Shown here piece after piece: positions 13,003 to 25,557 of a stretch of DNA of 64,000 nucleotides. The translations under genes were made by a program, and so were the position numbers. Under the pieces are notes generated by a model. It was not told where the DNA came from and searched no databases. It was given only the letters and a program-made list of their open reading frames with translations. Source of the stretch: Octopus bimaculoides (taxonomy: Eukaryota); the NCBI RefSeq assembly GCF_001194135.2, contig NC_068983.1, positions 82,241,790 through 82,305,789 on the forward strand. Reading direction: 5' to 3'. How positions within the stretch are numbered: the stretch's first letter is position 1; every line of letters begins with the position of its first letter.

Positions 13003-13206
13003 TGATACAGTAATAAAGACTCACATACAGAGCTTTATGTTTCTGCATCAATGATATGATGATTGCTGTACTCCTTCAGCTGTTGCAATACTATTGCAAA
13101 TACATAAATAATATAAATTGACATTCAACAGCTGAAGAGGTGCAGTGATCATCGTATCAAAGACAGAAACTTGAAGTCCTGTATATGAGTCTTTATAACT
13201 GTATCA
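13003..13206. repeat. Foldback element: ~82-bp inverted arms, each carrying an outward-facing hammerhead-like motif
   Basis: 13003-13085 is the reverse complement of 13126-13206 (about 80% identical by eye). The spacer holds the hairpin TGCAATA-C-TATTGCA. Confidence 0.8.
13128..13182 (+). ncRNA. Type I hammerhead motif (GUC site)
   Basis: Stem I ACAG(13128-31)/CTGT(13179-82). CTGAAGA 13132-38. GAAA 13166-69. Stem III ACTT-G-AAGT. GTC 13176-78. Stem II is imperfect, with a G.A closing pair. Confidence 0.6.
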
Positions 13207-13261
13207 ATAAATATATATATTTATATATATGTATATGTATATTTGTCATCATCAACATCAA

Positions 13262-13515
13262 GTCAGTAGCAGGGGTGGATGCTCTGAAAGTGCAGCTGTT
13301 AGAGTAAGGATAGCCTGGGCGAAGTTCAGAGAGCTCCTACCTCTGCTGGTGACAAAGGGCCTCCCGCCCAGAGTAAAAGGTAGACTGTATAACGCATGTG
13401 TGTCAACAGCTATGCTACATGGCAGTGAAACATAGGCTGTGGTTGCTGAGGACATGCGTAAGCTTGCAAGGAATGAAACCAGTATGGTCTGCTGGATGTG
13501 TAATGTCAGTGTGTA
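13262..13515 (+). mobile_element. RTE-clade LINE ORF fragment, post-RT region
   Basis: Translates as GGCSESAAVRVRIAWAKFRELLPLL...KGRLYNACVSTAMLHGSET*AVVAEDMRKLARNETSMVCWMC, the typical RTE W.KF.EL...LY.ACV...MLYGSETW pattern. Confidence 0.85.
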
Positions 13516-13747
13516 TACACCATTCAAAAATAATATCAGAACATACATATTAATAACTAAAGAGTTGTAAAAGTCTCAATGACTGAAACTGGTACTAAAA
13601 TGTTCTTTATGATAAAATTATTTTAGAATTTTATATAAACGACGACGATGATAATGATGATGATGATGAGATAGATAGATAGATAGATAGACAGATATAG
13701 ATTTATGTATGTGTATATATGTGTATGTGTGCGTATAAATATATATA

Positions 13748-13781
<34 letters not shown>

Positions 13782-14162
13782 NNNNNNNNNNNNNNNNNNN
13801 NNNNNNNNNNNNNNNNNNNNNNNNNNNNNNNNNNNNNNNNNNNNNNNNNNNNNNNNNNNNNNNNNNNNNNNNATATTTAATTATATGTATTTCTTCTATC
13901 TTAATGAATAAAAATTCTTCGGATAGAATAAATGGGTTAATAGAAACCAATGTAGCAAAGAACACAAAATAACTGTGGTGTAGTTCCTGTTTTTAAGGCA
14001 GGAACTCCTTGAAATTTTGGGTATTTGAGTATATTTAAAAATTTAAGGAATGGAGAAAACGCATGTTATAATTGCATACTTTATTCCTACACGCGCACGC
14101 GCACGCGCACGCGCACATGCACATGCACATGCACACACACATACATATACGATACATATATA

Positions 14163-14332
14163 CAGTGGGCTTCTTTCAGTTTCTGCCAATCGAATCCACC
14201 TAACAAGACTTTTGTCAGCCTGAGGCTATAGAAGAGGACACTTGCTCAGGGTGCCACACATTGGGACTGAACCCGGAACCATGTGATTGAAAAGCAAGCT
14301 TTTTACCACACAGCTATACCTGCACCTATACA
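14163..14332 (-). mobile_element. SINE family A, 5' half
   Basis: Reverse complement of the head seen at 29901 and 50488 (GGCTGTGTGGTAAG...GGGTTCAGTCCCACTG...GGCAAGTGTC...GAAACTGAAAGAAGCCC). Confidence 0.8.
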
Positions 14333-14582
14333 TATGAAAAAAGAAAAATCTAGTCTTAGATCTTTCACACACATGTGCGCATACATAGATATATGTGTCC
14401 ACCCATGCACAAACACGCATGTATACTTGTTTACCCCCATTCACAACATTTGCTGAAGAGTAATCACAGCTAATCTCAAGAAATAATAGTTTCTACAGCA
14501 ATAAGATTAAATTGGACGAAGAAATCAAAGGAAATGAAAAGCAAAAAGTTACATTGTAAGACAACTGATGGTGTTGTGTAAT

Positions 14583-14664
<82 letters not shown>

Positions 14665-14806
14665 AATAGATATATATGTATGTATATATATGTATATGTA
14701 AAGATGCATATTTATATATATATATATATATAAATATCAGATACACTTATTTATACATATACATATGTATATGTATACACATACATATATCAAACATATA
14801 TAGGTG

Positions 14807-14842
<36 letters not shown>

Positions 14843-14953
14843 GATATATAATGAATATATACACGTTCATATGTATGTATAAATGTACATATATGTATAT
14901 TTGCATATGTGTATACTTATATATGTATACACACATGCACTCACACACAAACA

Positions 14954-15028
<75 letters not shown>

Positions 15029-15952
15029 GCATATGCATACACATACACACGCATAATTAAACACTCACATATATATTTGACTACTGACATACAAAGATAA
15101 TAAACACACCTTGACAATGGGTCTTATATACACCCAACGGCAGATACTAAGACACACACATAACCACCGATCAGTGAATCTAATTTGTCTATTTGAAGAA
15201 GACGTAAGGAAATGAAATATTCTAAGGACTGGTGCAATCTGGAACAAATTAAGAATTTACCTGTGACTGCTTCCTTCCGGTTTCTCTGCCCTTCTTTGGA
15301 AATGGTTCCTGCTAAATACTCTGTGTTGGCAATGATGATTGGTTTGAGAGAGGAGGATGTGTAGTATAATGGGTAATATGGTTCTGTTGGGGTTTTTTTT
15401 TATTATATATGTAAGTCTTGGAATATAATATTTGTGTGTGTGTTTCTATATATGTGTCTCTATTTGCTTCTTTAATATATATCTATAATGAAGCACTGAC
15501 ATTACCAGAGCCACCACCACTACCACCACCACCACCACTAACATTACGACCATCACCAACACTAATGCCATCATCATCACCACCACCGCCACCACCTCTA
15601 TCACCACTGTCTACAACTATACTACCATTACAACCTATGTCAACACTGACACAACTACAATCACTACCACTGTCACAAACATCACCACCATCCTCCTCCC
15701 CTTCCTCCTCCTCACCATCAGTGTCATCATCACCAGAACCTTTGCATTTAAAAAAAAACTTATATGCAAGTACACATTAATATACATTCATTCAGACACA
15801 CATACATACCCCACCAAACACTCACACATAAATATATATGCACATCTTACAATAAAAAAAAAACAAATTTTAAACTCATTAATGTTTTGTGTAAAAGCAC
15901 AAACATCGTAAAAGCACACTTCCTGAGCTGTCATTCAATAAGAGGCAATGAA

Positions 15953-16363
15953 ATGGTGGCGAGTTGACAGAAAAGTTAGCACACTGGGTGAAATGCTTAA
16001 CGGTATTTCATTTGTCTTCACGTTCTGAGTTCAAATTCCACCGAGGTCGACTTTGCTTTTCAATCCTTTTGGGGTCGATAATTTAAGTACCAGTTGCATA
16101 CTAATCGACTGGCCCCATCCCCCAAAATTTCAGGCCTTCTGCATAGAGTAGAAAAAAATAAGAGGCAGTGAAAAGGTGGCAAGCTGGCAGAAATGTTAGC
16201 ATTCCAGGCGAAATGCTTTGCAGTATTTCATTTGTCTTTATGTTTTGAGTTCAAATTCCACTGAGGTTGACTTTGTCTTTCATCCTTTTGGGGTCGATAA
16301 ATTAAATACCATTTGTGTATTGGGGTCAATCTAATCACGCCTTGTACCTAGAGTAGAAAAGGG
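15953..16363 (+). mobile_element. Two tandem SINE family B copies (Deu/Nin-like central domain)
   Basis: Both copies read GGCGAGCTGGCAGAA...GAGTTCAAATTCC...GGTCGACTTTG...CATCCTTTTGGGGTCGATAA.TTAAGTACCA. Confidence 0.85.
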
Positions 16364-17057
16364 TAAGAGGAAGTGAAATGTCACCTGTTGATGAATACCT
16401 CTCATCATGAAATATAAAGCAATTGGTTTTAATGTTGTTGTGCAGCCTTGTATAACCTCTGACAAAGTAGACCTATGGGAAAATACATTCCCATCATGGT
16501 CATTCCATCCTTTCATTTTGGCATTGCATATCTAGGATTATAGTCCATGAGGTGCATACTGGAAAATAAGAACTCAATCCATAGTGTATCTATTCATCCT
16601 TAATATGTTCTGGCAGATTTAAACTTCAATGTCTGATCACTTTTGTTTTACATCATCAGAGAACATCTCCTCCTTCATTGATGTAAGGAGATTTTGCAGT
16701 ACTGGATTACTCATAAGCAAAATAATAATGTACTTTGAGTATCAGAGTTAATGGGGACACCATGGAAATGGTAAATGCTTTATGGCACAAAAGAAATCAT
16801 TTTAAACCTGCTGAAATGATATTCCAAGTGGTTTATATGATTGGAAATATAATTTCAAAGTGCTTGTAGTGTCATAGTGAGGATCTAAATCAATGATTTT
16901 TTTGCAATTTAGAAATGGTAGGAGAAAACTTTAAAGATATAAAGTATAAAAAATGAACATTATTTTCCATCTTACTGTTAGTTTTGTTTCACTTTGAAAA
17001 ACAGAAATTTATTTTATTGTGTTTTATTGTTTATAAAAATGTTCAACTATAAAATAT

Positions 17058-17231
17058 TCTCTTTTACTCTTTTTACTCTTTTACTTGTTTCAGTCATTTG
17101 AGTGCGGCCATGCTGGAGTACCACCTTTAGTCCAGCAAATCAACCTTAGGACTTATTCTTTGTAAGCCTAGTACTTATTCCATCGGTTGTCAAGTGATGT
17201 TGGGGGGACAAACACAGACACACAAACATAT

Positions 17232-17270
<39 letters not shown>

Positions 17271-17439
17271 CACACACGATGGGCTTCTTTCAGTTTCCAT
17301 CTACCAAATCCACTCACAAGGCTTTGGTCGGCCGGAGGCTATAGTAGAAGACACTTGCCCAAGGTGCCATGCAGTGGGACTGAACCCAGAGCCATGTGGT
17401 TGGTAAGCAAGCTACTTACCACACAGCCACTCCTGCGCC
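17058..17439 (-). mobile_element. Full-length SINE family A with internal (TA)n/(TG)n microsatellite
   Basis: tRNA-like head, CORE-like GGCACCTTGGGCAAGTGTCTT, internal microsatellite at 17225-17275, and a tail ending in (GTAAAAGA)n. Confidence 0.9.
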
Positions 17440-17920
17440 TATTGTTTATAACAATAATAAAACTTTTACCCTTGGCAAAAACACTACACCAGTTTCTATT
17501 GAAGTAATTACATGGCACAATGGAGTTTCTATGTAATTGTCACTTGTCCAACAAGAAATAGCAGGCAAATCTCCCACCAATCATTCACAAATATCAAAAG
17601 TAAAGAAAGGATATTTTAGATAATGTACTCTCACATACACCAAAACAATGGGATTGGTTCTGCATGGAATGGTTTGACTAAAGGCTTATTTTATTGTCCA
17701 TGTTCTCAGTCAGTCAATCACTATATACTCTGGTTCAAGCAGAATAAGAAAGTAACATCAAATGTAAGAGAACAACAAATTAGAAAATATCCCTTGAATA
17801 GACAACTAAATGAAAACGATCCACCCTTTGTGAATGCAACTAACTTCCATCTCCCCTTAAGAATGCTAGCATTGGGCCAATATTTGAAACTATTACTTTA
17901 TTATTTTTATTATTATTACA

Positions 17921-18122
17921 AAGGCGGTGAGCTGGCAGAATCATTAGCACACCAGGCAAAATGCTTAGTAGTAGTTCGTCTGTTGCTATATTCTGAGTTC
18001 AAATTTCGCCAAGGTCAACTTTGCTTTTCAACCTTTCAGTGTCAATAAAATAAGAATACGTTGAACACCGAGGTTGATGTAATCAACTCATCCCAAGCTG
18101 CCCTTGTGGCAAAAATTTGAAA
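17921..18122 (+). mobile_element. SINE family B
   Basis: Same consensus as the copy at 15953, with the alternative 3' end ...CCTTGTGGCAAAAATTTGAA. Confidence 0.8.
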
Positions 18123-18700
18123 AAGGACTGCAAAGAGCAAAGTTTCTTCTACAAAAGCTGAGAGGTGGCATGCAGCCACCAATACTGTACACAGATAAAA
18201 AGCTATTCAGTGTGCAAGTATTCCACAAGCCACATCGTATATATGCAGCAAATCAAATGGATGCTCCTGTCCAGCAAAGATTATTCTTTCGCTGGTAGAA
18301 ACCTGCATCCATAATGGTATGGGCAAGTGTGACCTAAAATAGCATGGAAACCCCGCTTAACTTTATTGAAGAGGGTGTAAAAATCAACCAACATGTTTAT
18401 TTGGACATGTTAAAGGATAAAATAGTCCCTTGTATTATTGCAAAGTCCCAGAATAGAGTCGAGAAAATTTCAAGGCATTCTGATCAAAAGAGTTCTGGTC
18501 CTCCTCTTCGCCTGAGATGAATCCAATGGACTTTGACAGGTGGTCTATCCTTGAGAGCAAAGCCTGTGCTAATTCTCACACACGTCTCACAGCTCTTGAG
18601 CACCAGTTGTGAAAATATTATGACAAAATCTCTGCAGAAACTGTATGTGCCACTTGAACCCAACAAACATTTACTGAGGAAAGCACCCAATACTTTGTAG
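18119..18700 (+). mobile_element. Tc1/mariner (maT-like) transposase remnant
   Basis: Translates as ILYTDKKLFSV...KPASIMVWASVT...TPLNFIEEGVKINQHVYLDML...FWSSSSPEMNPMDFDRWSILESKAC. It has stops, a frameshift and a deletion of the second-Asp motif. Confidence 0.85.
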
Positions 18701-20577
18701 TTGAATAAAATTTATTACACAGCTACATTGGGTTGTATGGCACATATGTCTCTCTCGCTCTCTCTCTCTCTCTATATANNNNNNNNNNNNNNNNNNNNNN
18801 NNNNNNNNNNNNNNNNNNNNNNNNNNNNNNNNNNNNNNNNNNNNNNNNNNNNNNNNNNNNNNNNNNNNNNNNNNNNNNATATATAAGTGGCTAAATTGGT
18901 TTGTTCCTGCTAAGTGGAGTTAACCTCTCTCATTTTCTCTCAGTGAACCTTTAGAAATTTACTAAAGGCAATGTAAGACTTTTGTAATACTGTTGTATTA
19001 TGATCACATAGGCTCAAGTGTATTCCTCATACTGACTTTCTTGATGAAACTGTATGTATGCATGTATGCATATTTATAAGTATGCATATATGCATCTGTA
19101 TATATATCTATGTAAGTCTGTATGCCTATATACACATGCATGTACGTATGTATGTATGTATGTATGTTTGTATAGCTGCTGCATGTGTATGCTTAAACAT
19201 ATGAGGTGCCATTTGCAATAGTAATGGTAGACTAAAGTGATGATGGTGATAGCAGTCTTAGCAGCTGCAGAAGTAGTATTGTTGTTGATGATGATGTTGA
19301 TGATGATGATGATGAGGCAGTAGTGCTAATGCTGGTAGTAATGGTGGTGGTGCTGATGTGGTGTTGGTGGTGGAGATAGTAGTGATATCATAAACTGTTC
19401 CTTCCTGTCTTTCCTTCCTGCAATCATGTTGGCCGGATGGCATGGAAGCAATAAGGCATGGCTGTGGAGATGAGATGGGGATTCTAGCTAGGCTGAATAG
19501 AAGGCTGGCTGGATAGAGAGATAGATGACTGCACACTGCCACCACCACCACCACTACCACTACCACCACCGCCGCCACCACCACCACTGCCACTGCCACC
19601 GCCGCCACCATCTCCATTAGCACCACCACCATCTCCATTAGCACCACCACCACTGTTGCCGCTGCCACCACCACCACCACCACTGTTGCCGCTGTCACCA
19701 CCACCACCACCACCATTATTACTGTTGCAATGTTTTAACTAATCTACTACTTTGGATCTCTGTTAGATATGGCAATAGTTCTCCATCGCTCGCTCTCTCT
19801 CTCTCNNNNNNNNNNNNNNNNNNNNNNNNNNNNNNNNNNNNNNNNNNNNNNNNNNNNNNNNNNNNNNNNNNNNNNNNNNNNNNNNNNNNNNNNNNNNNNN
19901 NNNNNNNNNNNNNNNNNNNNNNNNNNNNNNNNNNNNNNNNNNNNNNNNNNNNNNNNNNNNNNNNNNNNNNNNNNNNNNNNNNNNNNNNNNNNNNNNNNNN
20001 NNNNNNNNNNNNNNNNNNNNNNNNNNNNNNNNNNNNNNNNNNNNNNNNNNNNNNNNNNNNNNNNNNNNNNNNNNNNNNNNNNNNNNNNNNNNNNNNNNNN
20101 NNNNNNNNNNNNNNNNNNNNNNNNNNNNNNNNNNNCCCTACCCTATCCTACCCCGAACCATCTCCCTCCCCCTTTTACCAACCTCCCCCCACCATCACCT
20201 CCCTAATGAGAGGTCAAGCCTACTCAAACAAGGCGGTTTGCTCTAATAGCTTTCTTTGTTGTTTATGTCTATTGTATACATCTCACCATCTCTTTCTTTC
20301 TGTCTCTCTTTCTTTCTCTCTCTCTTTCTCTCTGTATCACTTTGTGCATGTAATTGCACATTTCCATGTGTTTGTGTGTGTGTGTGGCTGAGTTTTAAAT
20401 GTTTCTTTATGAACATTTGTATGATTTTGTATGCGTCTGTGTATTTCTTTATATGTCTGAATAAGTGTGTGTGTGTGAGAGAGAGAGAATATTTAAAATG
20501 CTTCTATACACATGTTTGTCCGTGTGTATGCATTGATCTATCTCTCTATATGTGTACATATTCATATATATGCATGT

Positions 20578-20620
<43 letters not shown>

Positions 20621-20622
<2 letters not shown>

Positions 20623-21198
20623 TAGCTGACATACCTGGTAATTCCCAGGAAAGCGGGGCTTATCCCTTGGTTCTGTTCTCATAATTGTTTTGCTAGTCCA
20701 ATAACAACAATACAAAATATGTAGCCCTTAAAATGATTTTTGTGAATTTACAGAGAATACCGAACTGTCTTACACAAGATCGTGTTTTTAAGAATTCCCC
20801 ATAATTTATGAATACTCCAATTGTGATGTCAGTTATGTAATAACATGAAATTAGTTACCCAATAGTAAGAATTCAAATAAATTAGCCCCGAAAAGGGCTT
20901 TAATGCATTCCCAGAGTATATAGAACATAGGAGGAAATACTAGTAAGGTATGTATACTAAAATCGTAAAGCCTGTTACATAATAACAGACTAATCAGATA
21001 GGAGATAAAAACAATTCAAAGTAAATAACTCTGAAAAGGGCTTTTGTGCATTCCCAGAGAACATTACCCTTAGCGGTGCTAGTGTTAGTATATTCGTGAG
21101 TAAGTCACTAACTGAAATAAGTGGATCTATTGTTTAGGAAAATACTATTTACTTGTTTAAGGGTTGTACTGGATAAATGGCGAAAATAACTCTAACAG
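20621..21198 (+). mobile_element. Possible Helitron/Helentron-derived non-autonomous element
   Basis: Starts ACTAG right after (TA)n. It has a subterminal hairpin CCTGG(20634-38)/CCAGG(20645-49) and an internal direct repeat GAAAAGGGCTTT..TGCATTCCCAGAG near 20890 and 21033. The 3' end is lost in the gap. Confidence 0.35.
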
Positions 21199-21576
21199 NN
21201 NNNNNNNNNNNNNNNNNNNNNNNNNNNNNNNNNNNNNNNNNNNNNNNNNNNNNNNNNNNNNNNNNNNNNNNNNNNNNNNNNNNNNNNNNNNNNNNNNNNN
21301 NNNNNNNNNNNNNNNNNNNNNNNNNNNNNNNNNNNNNNNNNNNNNNNNNNNNNNNNNNNNNNNNNNNNNNNNNNNNNNNNNNNNNNNNNNNNNNNNNNNN
21401 NNNNNNNNNNNNNNNNNNNNNNNNNNNNNNNNNNNNNNNNNNNNNNNNNNNNNNNNNNNNNNNNNNNNNNNNNNNNNNNNNNNNTGTGTGTACCTATATA
21501 ATGTAATATATGTCTTTAAGTATGCATGTGCATGCACATACACATATATCAGTATGTATGTGTATATATATATATA

Positions 21577-21613
<37 letters not shown>

Positions 21614-21614
21614 T

Positions 21615-22136
21615 AAATTTATTAAAAAGGGTAGAAATTGATATTAATCAATTAAAACCAGTGGTCTAGCATATTAAACAATCCAAAGATTAAAATTATA
21701 CTATATATAAAAATAAGAGGAATGACCAGCAAAAGTGGACTCCTATGTGCTAGAAATAGATGCCGAATCATCTAACCATGAAAAATAAGTTCTTAGTAAA
21801 AATTTTGCGACAGACTACGCTGATGATCCTGTAGATATTTACTTATGTAAATTTTAACAGGTGAAACCAAGGTACGTAGGTTAATCATTTTTTTATTTAG
21901 TACTTTTTCATTTGTCTTGCCCTTTTACAGTCTGTTGTATCGCTAAATTTTTACTGAGAACATATTTTTCGTGGTTAGATGATTCGGCATCTATTTCTAG
22001 CATATAGGAGTTCACTTTTGCAGGTCATTCCTCTTATTTTTGTATGTAATAAAATTTTAATCTTCGGATTTTTTTAATATGCTAGGCCACTGGTTTTAAT
22101 TGATTAATATCAATTTCTACTCTTTTTAATAAATTT
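21615..22136. repeat. Foldback element: ~197-bp inverted arms enclosing a hammerhead
   Basis: 21615-21810 and 21940-22136 are reverse complements, with about 16 differences by manual alignment (~92%). Confidence 0.95.
21815..21879 (+). ncRNA. Type I minimal hammerhead ribozyme (GUA site)
   Basis: Stem I CTACG(21815-19)/CGTAG(21875-79) is perfect. CTGATGA 21820-26. Stem II CCTGT(21828-32)/ACAGG(21857-61) is closed by T.T. GAAA 21863-66. Stem III ACC-AA-GGT. GTA 21872-74. Confidence 0.8.
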
Positions 22137-23059
22137 TAAATAATGATGTTCTCAAACCGGTAAATTAGCTGCAAAAATTTATTAACTACAGAGTTATTTC
22201 CGGACTTAGCACGCCAGATTGAAGACATTTGAAAGGATACACTGAATGTAATTTGTAGAACNNNNNNNNNNNNNNNNNNNNNNNNNNNNNNNNNNNNNNN
22301 NNNNNNNNNNNNNNNNNNNNNNNNNNNNNNNNNNNNNNNNNNNNNNNNNNNNNNNNNNNNNNNNNNNNNNNNNNNNNNNNNNNNNNNNNNNNNNNNNNNN
22401 NNNNNNNNNNNNNNNNNNNNNNNNNNNNNNNNNNNNNNNNNNNNNNNNNNNNNNNNNNNNNNNNNNNNNNNNNNNNNNNNNNNNNNNNNNNNNNNNNNNN
22501 NNNNNNNNNNNNNNNNNNNNNNNNNNNNNNNNNNNNNNNNNNNNNNNNNNNNNNNNNNNNNNNNNNNNNNNNNNNNNNNNNNNNNNNNNNNNNNNNNNNN
22601 NNNNNNNNNNNNNNNNNNNNNNNNNNNNNNNNNNNNNNNNNNNNNNNNNNNNNNNNNNNNNNNNNNNNNNNNNNNNNNNNNNNNNNNNNNNNNNNNNNNN
22701 NNNNNNNNNNNNNNNNNNNNNNNNNNNNNNNNNNNNNNNNNNNNNNNNNNNNNNNNNNNNNNNNNNNNNCTTGACGACTGATGCTGTTGTGTTTACATCC
22801 CCATAACCTAGTAGTTCAGCAAAAGAGACAGATAGAATAAGTACTAAGCTTACAAAGAATAAGTCCTGGGGTTGATTTGCTTGATTAAAGGCAGTGCTCC
22901 AGCATGGCCACAGTTAAATGACTGAAACAAATAAAAGAATATGCATACATATATTATTCAAAGAAATTCCAACTTTGATTCTCACATTTTATTTAAAATC
23001 TTTGTAATAATATATAAGATAAGATAATATAATGAAACGATAGAATATTAAATGTTCAT

Positions 23060-24124
23060 TCTGATTGATCTAGTACTTTCATGCATTGAACTATGCCATC
23101 TTCAGGTTCATGTAATAGTGGTGACAGTTATGTTTTATAATTTACAACTGTAATAGGATGGCTAAAATGTGTGCCTTAAATACATTTGTATAGGCTCCAG
23201 AATGATAATTTTTGCAAACTGTATTCTGACCAACCAGTGTGTGGCTTCACTAAATTACGTAAGTTGATTGATGCTTGGTTTAGGCATCACGGTTTGTTGA
23301 ACATGTCAAGAGACCTGTGTTTTGACCTTGGCCAAAAGAGTAATTGTTTGGCTACTTTTAGAAATGTTGTAAACATTTCAATTATCATTGTCACTATTAT
23401 CATCACCTTTATTATTATTATTTAGCTTGGGTTGGAATTTATCAATAAAGTTCTTTTCTCTAATTTTTCTCTCAATTTCACTTGAACTGTGTAGTTTGTG
23501 GAATGGAAATATTATAAATATTTTCTGACCACATGTTGCTAGATGGTTACTCAAAGGTATCTGACAGATATCTGGGTCTCCATTTTGCTGTCAGTGCACA
23601 TGTGAGCATTCTGATAGTGCTTTCCAATCTGACCCACATGCAGTTCTTCACAATTCACAGTCTCTCTCTTTTGTAGTCCATATTTGTGTTTGTGAATATT
23701 TTTCCAGTTTTTGTGTTCATATATTGGCTGGTAAGTATGAATTGGCATGTGCCACATCGGCTATCATGGCATTTAGATACAGTGAATGACTGGTCTTTGT
23801 TGGTAAGGTCAAACTTTGCCTATGATAATAATTTTTGCAAGTTTTTAGACTGTCTTCTACTAAGAACCATAGCTCGGTCTGTGATTATATCTTTTAATTC
23901 ATTACTTTGAGCAACGAATGGTAGGTTTACTTTGGCAATGTTGAAGATATTCTGGTGACATGGGTTGTATGTCACTATAAATGGTATAACATGTTCTTGT
24001 TTTCCTCATTTTGGGGGGGTTCTCCTAAGTTGATGTATGGGTATTTTTATAGCCCACTGTATACCATTTTCTATAAGTAGAGATGGGTATTTTTGTTTGA
24101 GCAAAAATTCTCTTAGTTCTGTTA
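23060..24124 (-). mobile_element. Penelope-like retroelement 3' part: thumb/linker and GIY-YIG endonuclease (23420-24124) plus terminal region, decayed
   Basis: Minus-strand translation across frameshifts: LREFLLKQKYPSLLIENGI...IPFIVTYNP.HQNIF...RRQSKNLQKLL...KCHDSRCGTC...CEELHVGQ...IPLSNHLATCGQKIFIIFPFHK...IREKNFIDKFQPKLN. Confidence 0.85.
23066..23110 (-). ncRNA. Type I minimal hammerhead in the 3' terminal region of a Penelope-like element (CUA site)
   Basis: The minus strand reads TGAAC-CTGAAGA-TG-GCAT-AGTTCA-ATGC-AT-GAAA-GTAC-TA-GATCA. Stem III is the palindrome AGTACT, and stem I has 4/5 pairs. Confidence 0.7.
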
Positions 24125-25557
24125 TATATGTATGTATAAATATATATGTTTGTATAACAGGGCCACCTGTCAATTAATTCCCTGGCTGCCTGAGTGGCTC
24201 CCATACTGGTGGCATGTAAAAAGCACCATCCAAATGTGGCCTATGCCAGTGCCCCCAACTGGCTTTTGTTTTGGTCACTGTTCACCCCAGCAGAAAATAG
24301 AATTTCACAGAAGCACACTGTTCCTTTGTTTCAGCCATCACAAAAATTGACGAGCAAGGGAGAAGGACTGCCAAACAATAATGCACCACATGGCAGTACG
24401 ACTCCAGTCGATGATGCTGGTCAACAAACTGATGCCTGAGGGTCACATAAAGTGGCTTCTAGTAGTGGAAGCCTGAACTACGATGGGTTTATCCCACAGA
24501 GAACATTTCTGGTTACTTTTGGGTGCCCTCTCATATATATATATTACTAATAATTAACTATAATGCTAATGTGTAAAACCAATATAAATCATATTTATAA
24601 GTACAAATTTAGTAAAGCCCCTTTGGCATAATCTGTCACAGAGTCATCTGGTATTTGACAGATGTGCTGTCCAAATTTCATTGAAAGGTCTCTTTCCACT
24701 TTACTGTCTTAGACTGTGCTCACAAATGTCTTATATATAATTTATATATATTTACATACACACATATTCAAACATGTTTGTGTACATACATATGTGTGTG
24801 TTTGTGTGTGTTTAGTCATGTGTGTTTACTACTGTAAGCAACAGTCATACTATGCTTCAATCATTTTCAGTACTCTGCTCAGTTATTCCCATTGGTAATA
24901 GTTTGGTAAGGAATCATTTCCAGGAGACTTATTTCTAGGTTATGACCCTTCCTCACACCTACCTAAATTGTTATCTTATTTTCATACATGTCTGGCATTG
25001 TTATTTATAAATTGTTACCTTGACCCATCTCTACACTAATTATTTCCTGACGTTATAGTTGTATACTCTCATATACAAAAACATGTGATATGCGGATATT
25101 CTTGTCTTTACCTGGATCCAGCTGTTAGTGTTTTCCTACCTAGTGAAATATAGAAGCACTCTAAGACTCAAATGTTTTCATTTTTTAGCTATTATTGCTT
25201 CTCTGCCCCAAAGTTTTTACTCTGGCAAGATGATATATAATATTTATAGATCTCTTCATATGGAGTCATTTATTTACAGTCAGAAGTATCTCATGTAACA
25301 TTTTCATTACCACTCAACACCACATGATACTACACTTCTTTATAATACACAATATTACAATAAATTCCACTGTGCTGTACTATAGTGCACTGTACTACAT
25401 TATCTCTTTTCATACCAACTTGCTTGAAATTGCCCCTGTGTCTATGATATAAACTTCCCATTTTAACCCCTCAACATTTAAACTGCCCATATTTAGTTAA
25501 AATATTCTTTCATTTTTATTTTCAAACTGCCCAACTCCAGCTTCTCACACCTACTCT

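Noticed and set aside
15500-19720. Pro/Ser-rich and Val/Ala-rich ORFs (15418-15780, 19258-19716; also 40564-40746)
   Set aside because: They are degenerate (CAC/CAT/CCG)n tracts that are open in several frames by composition.
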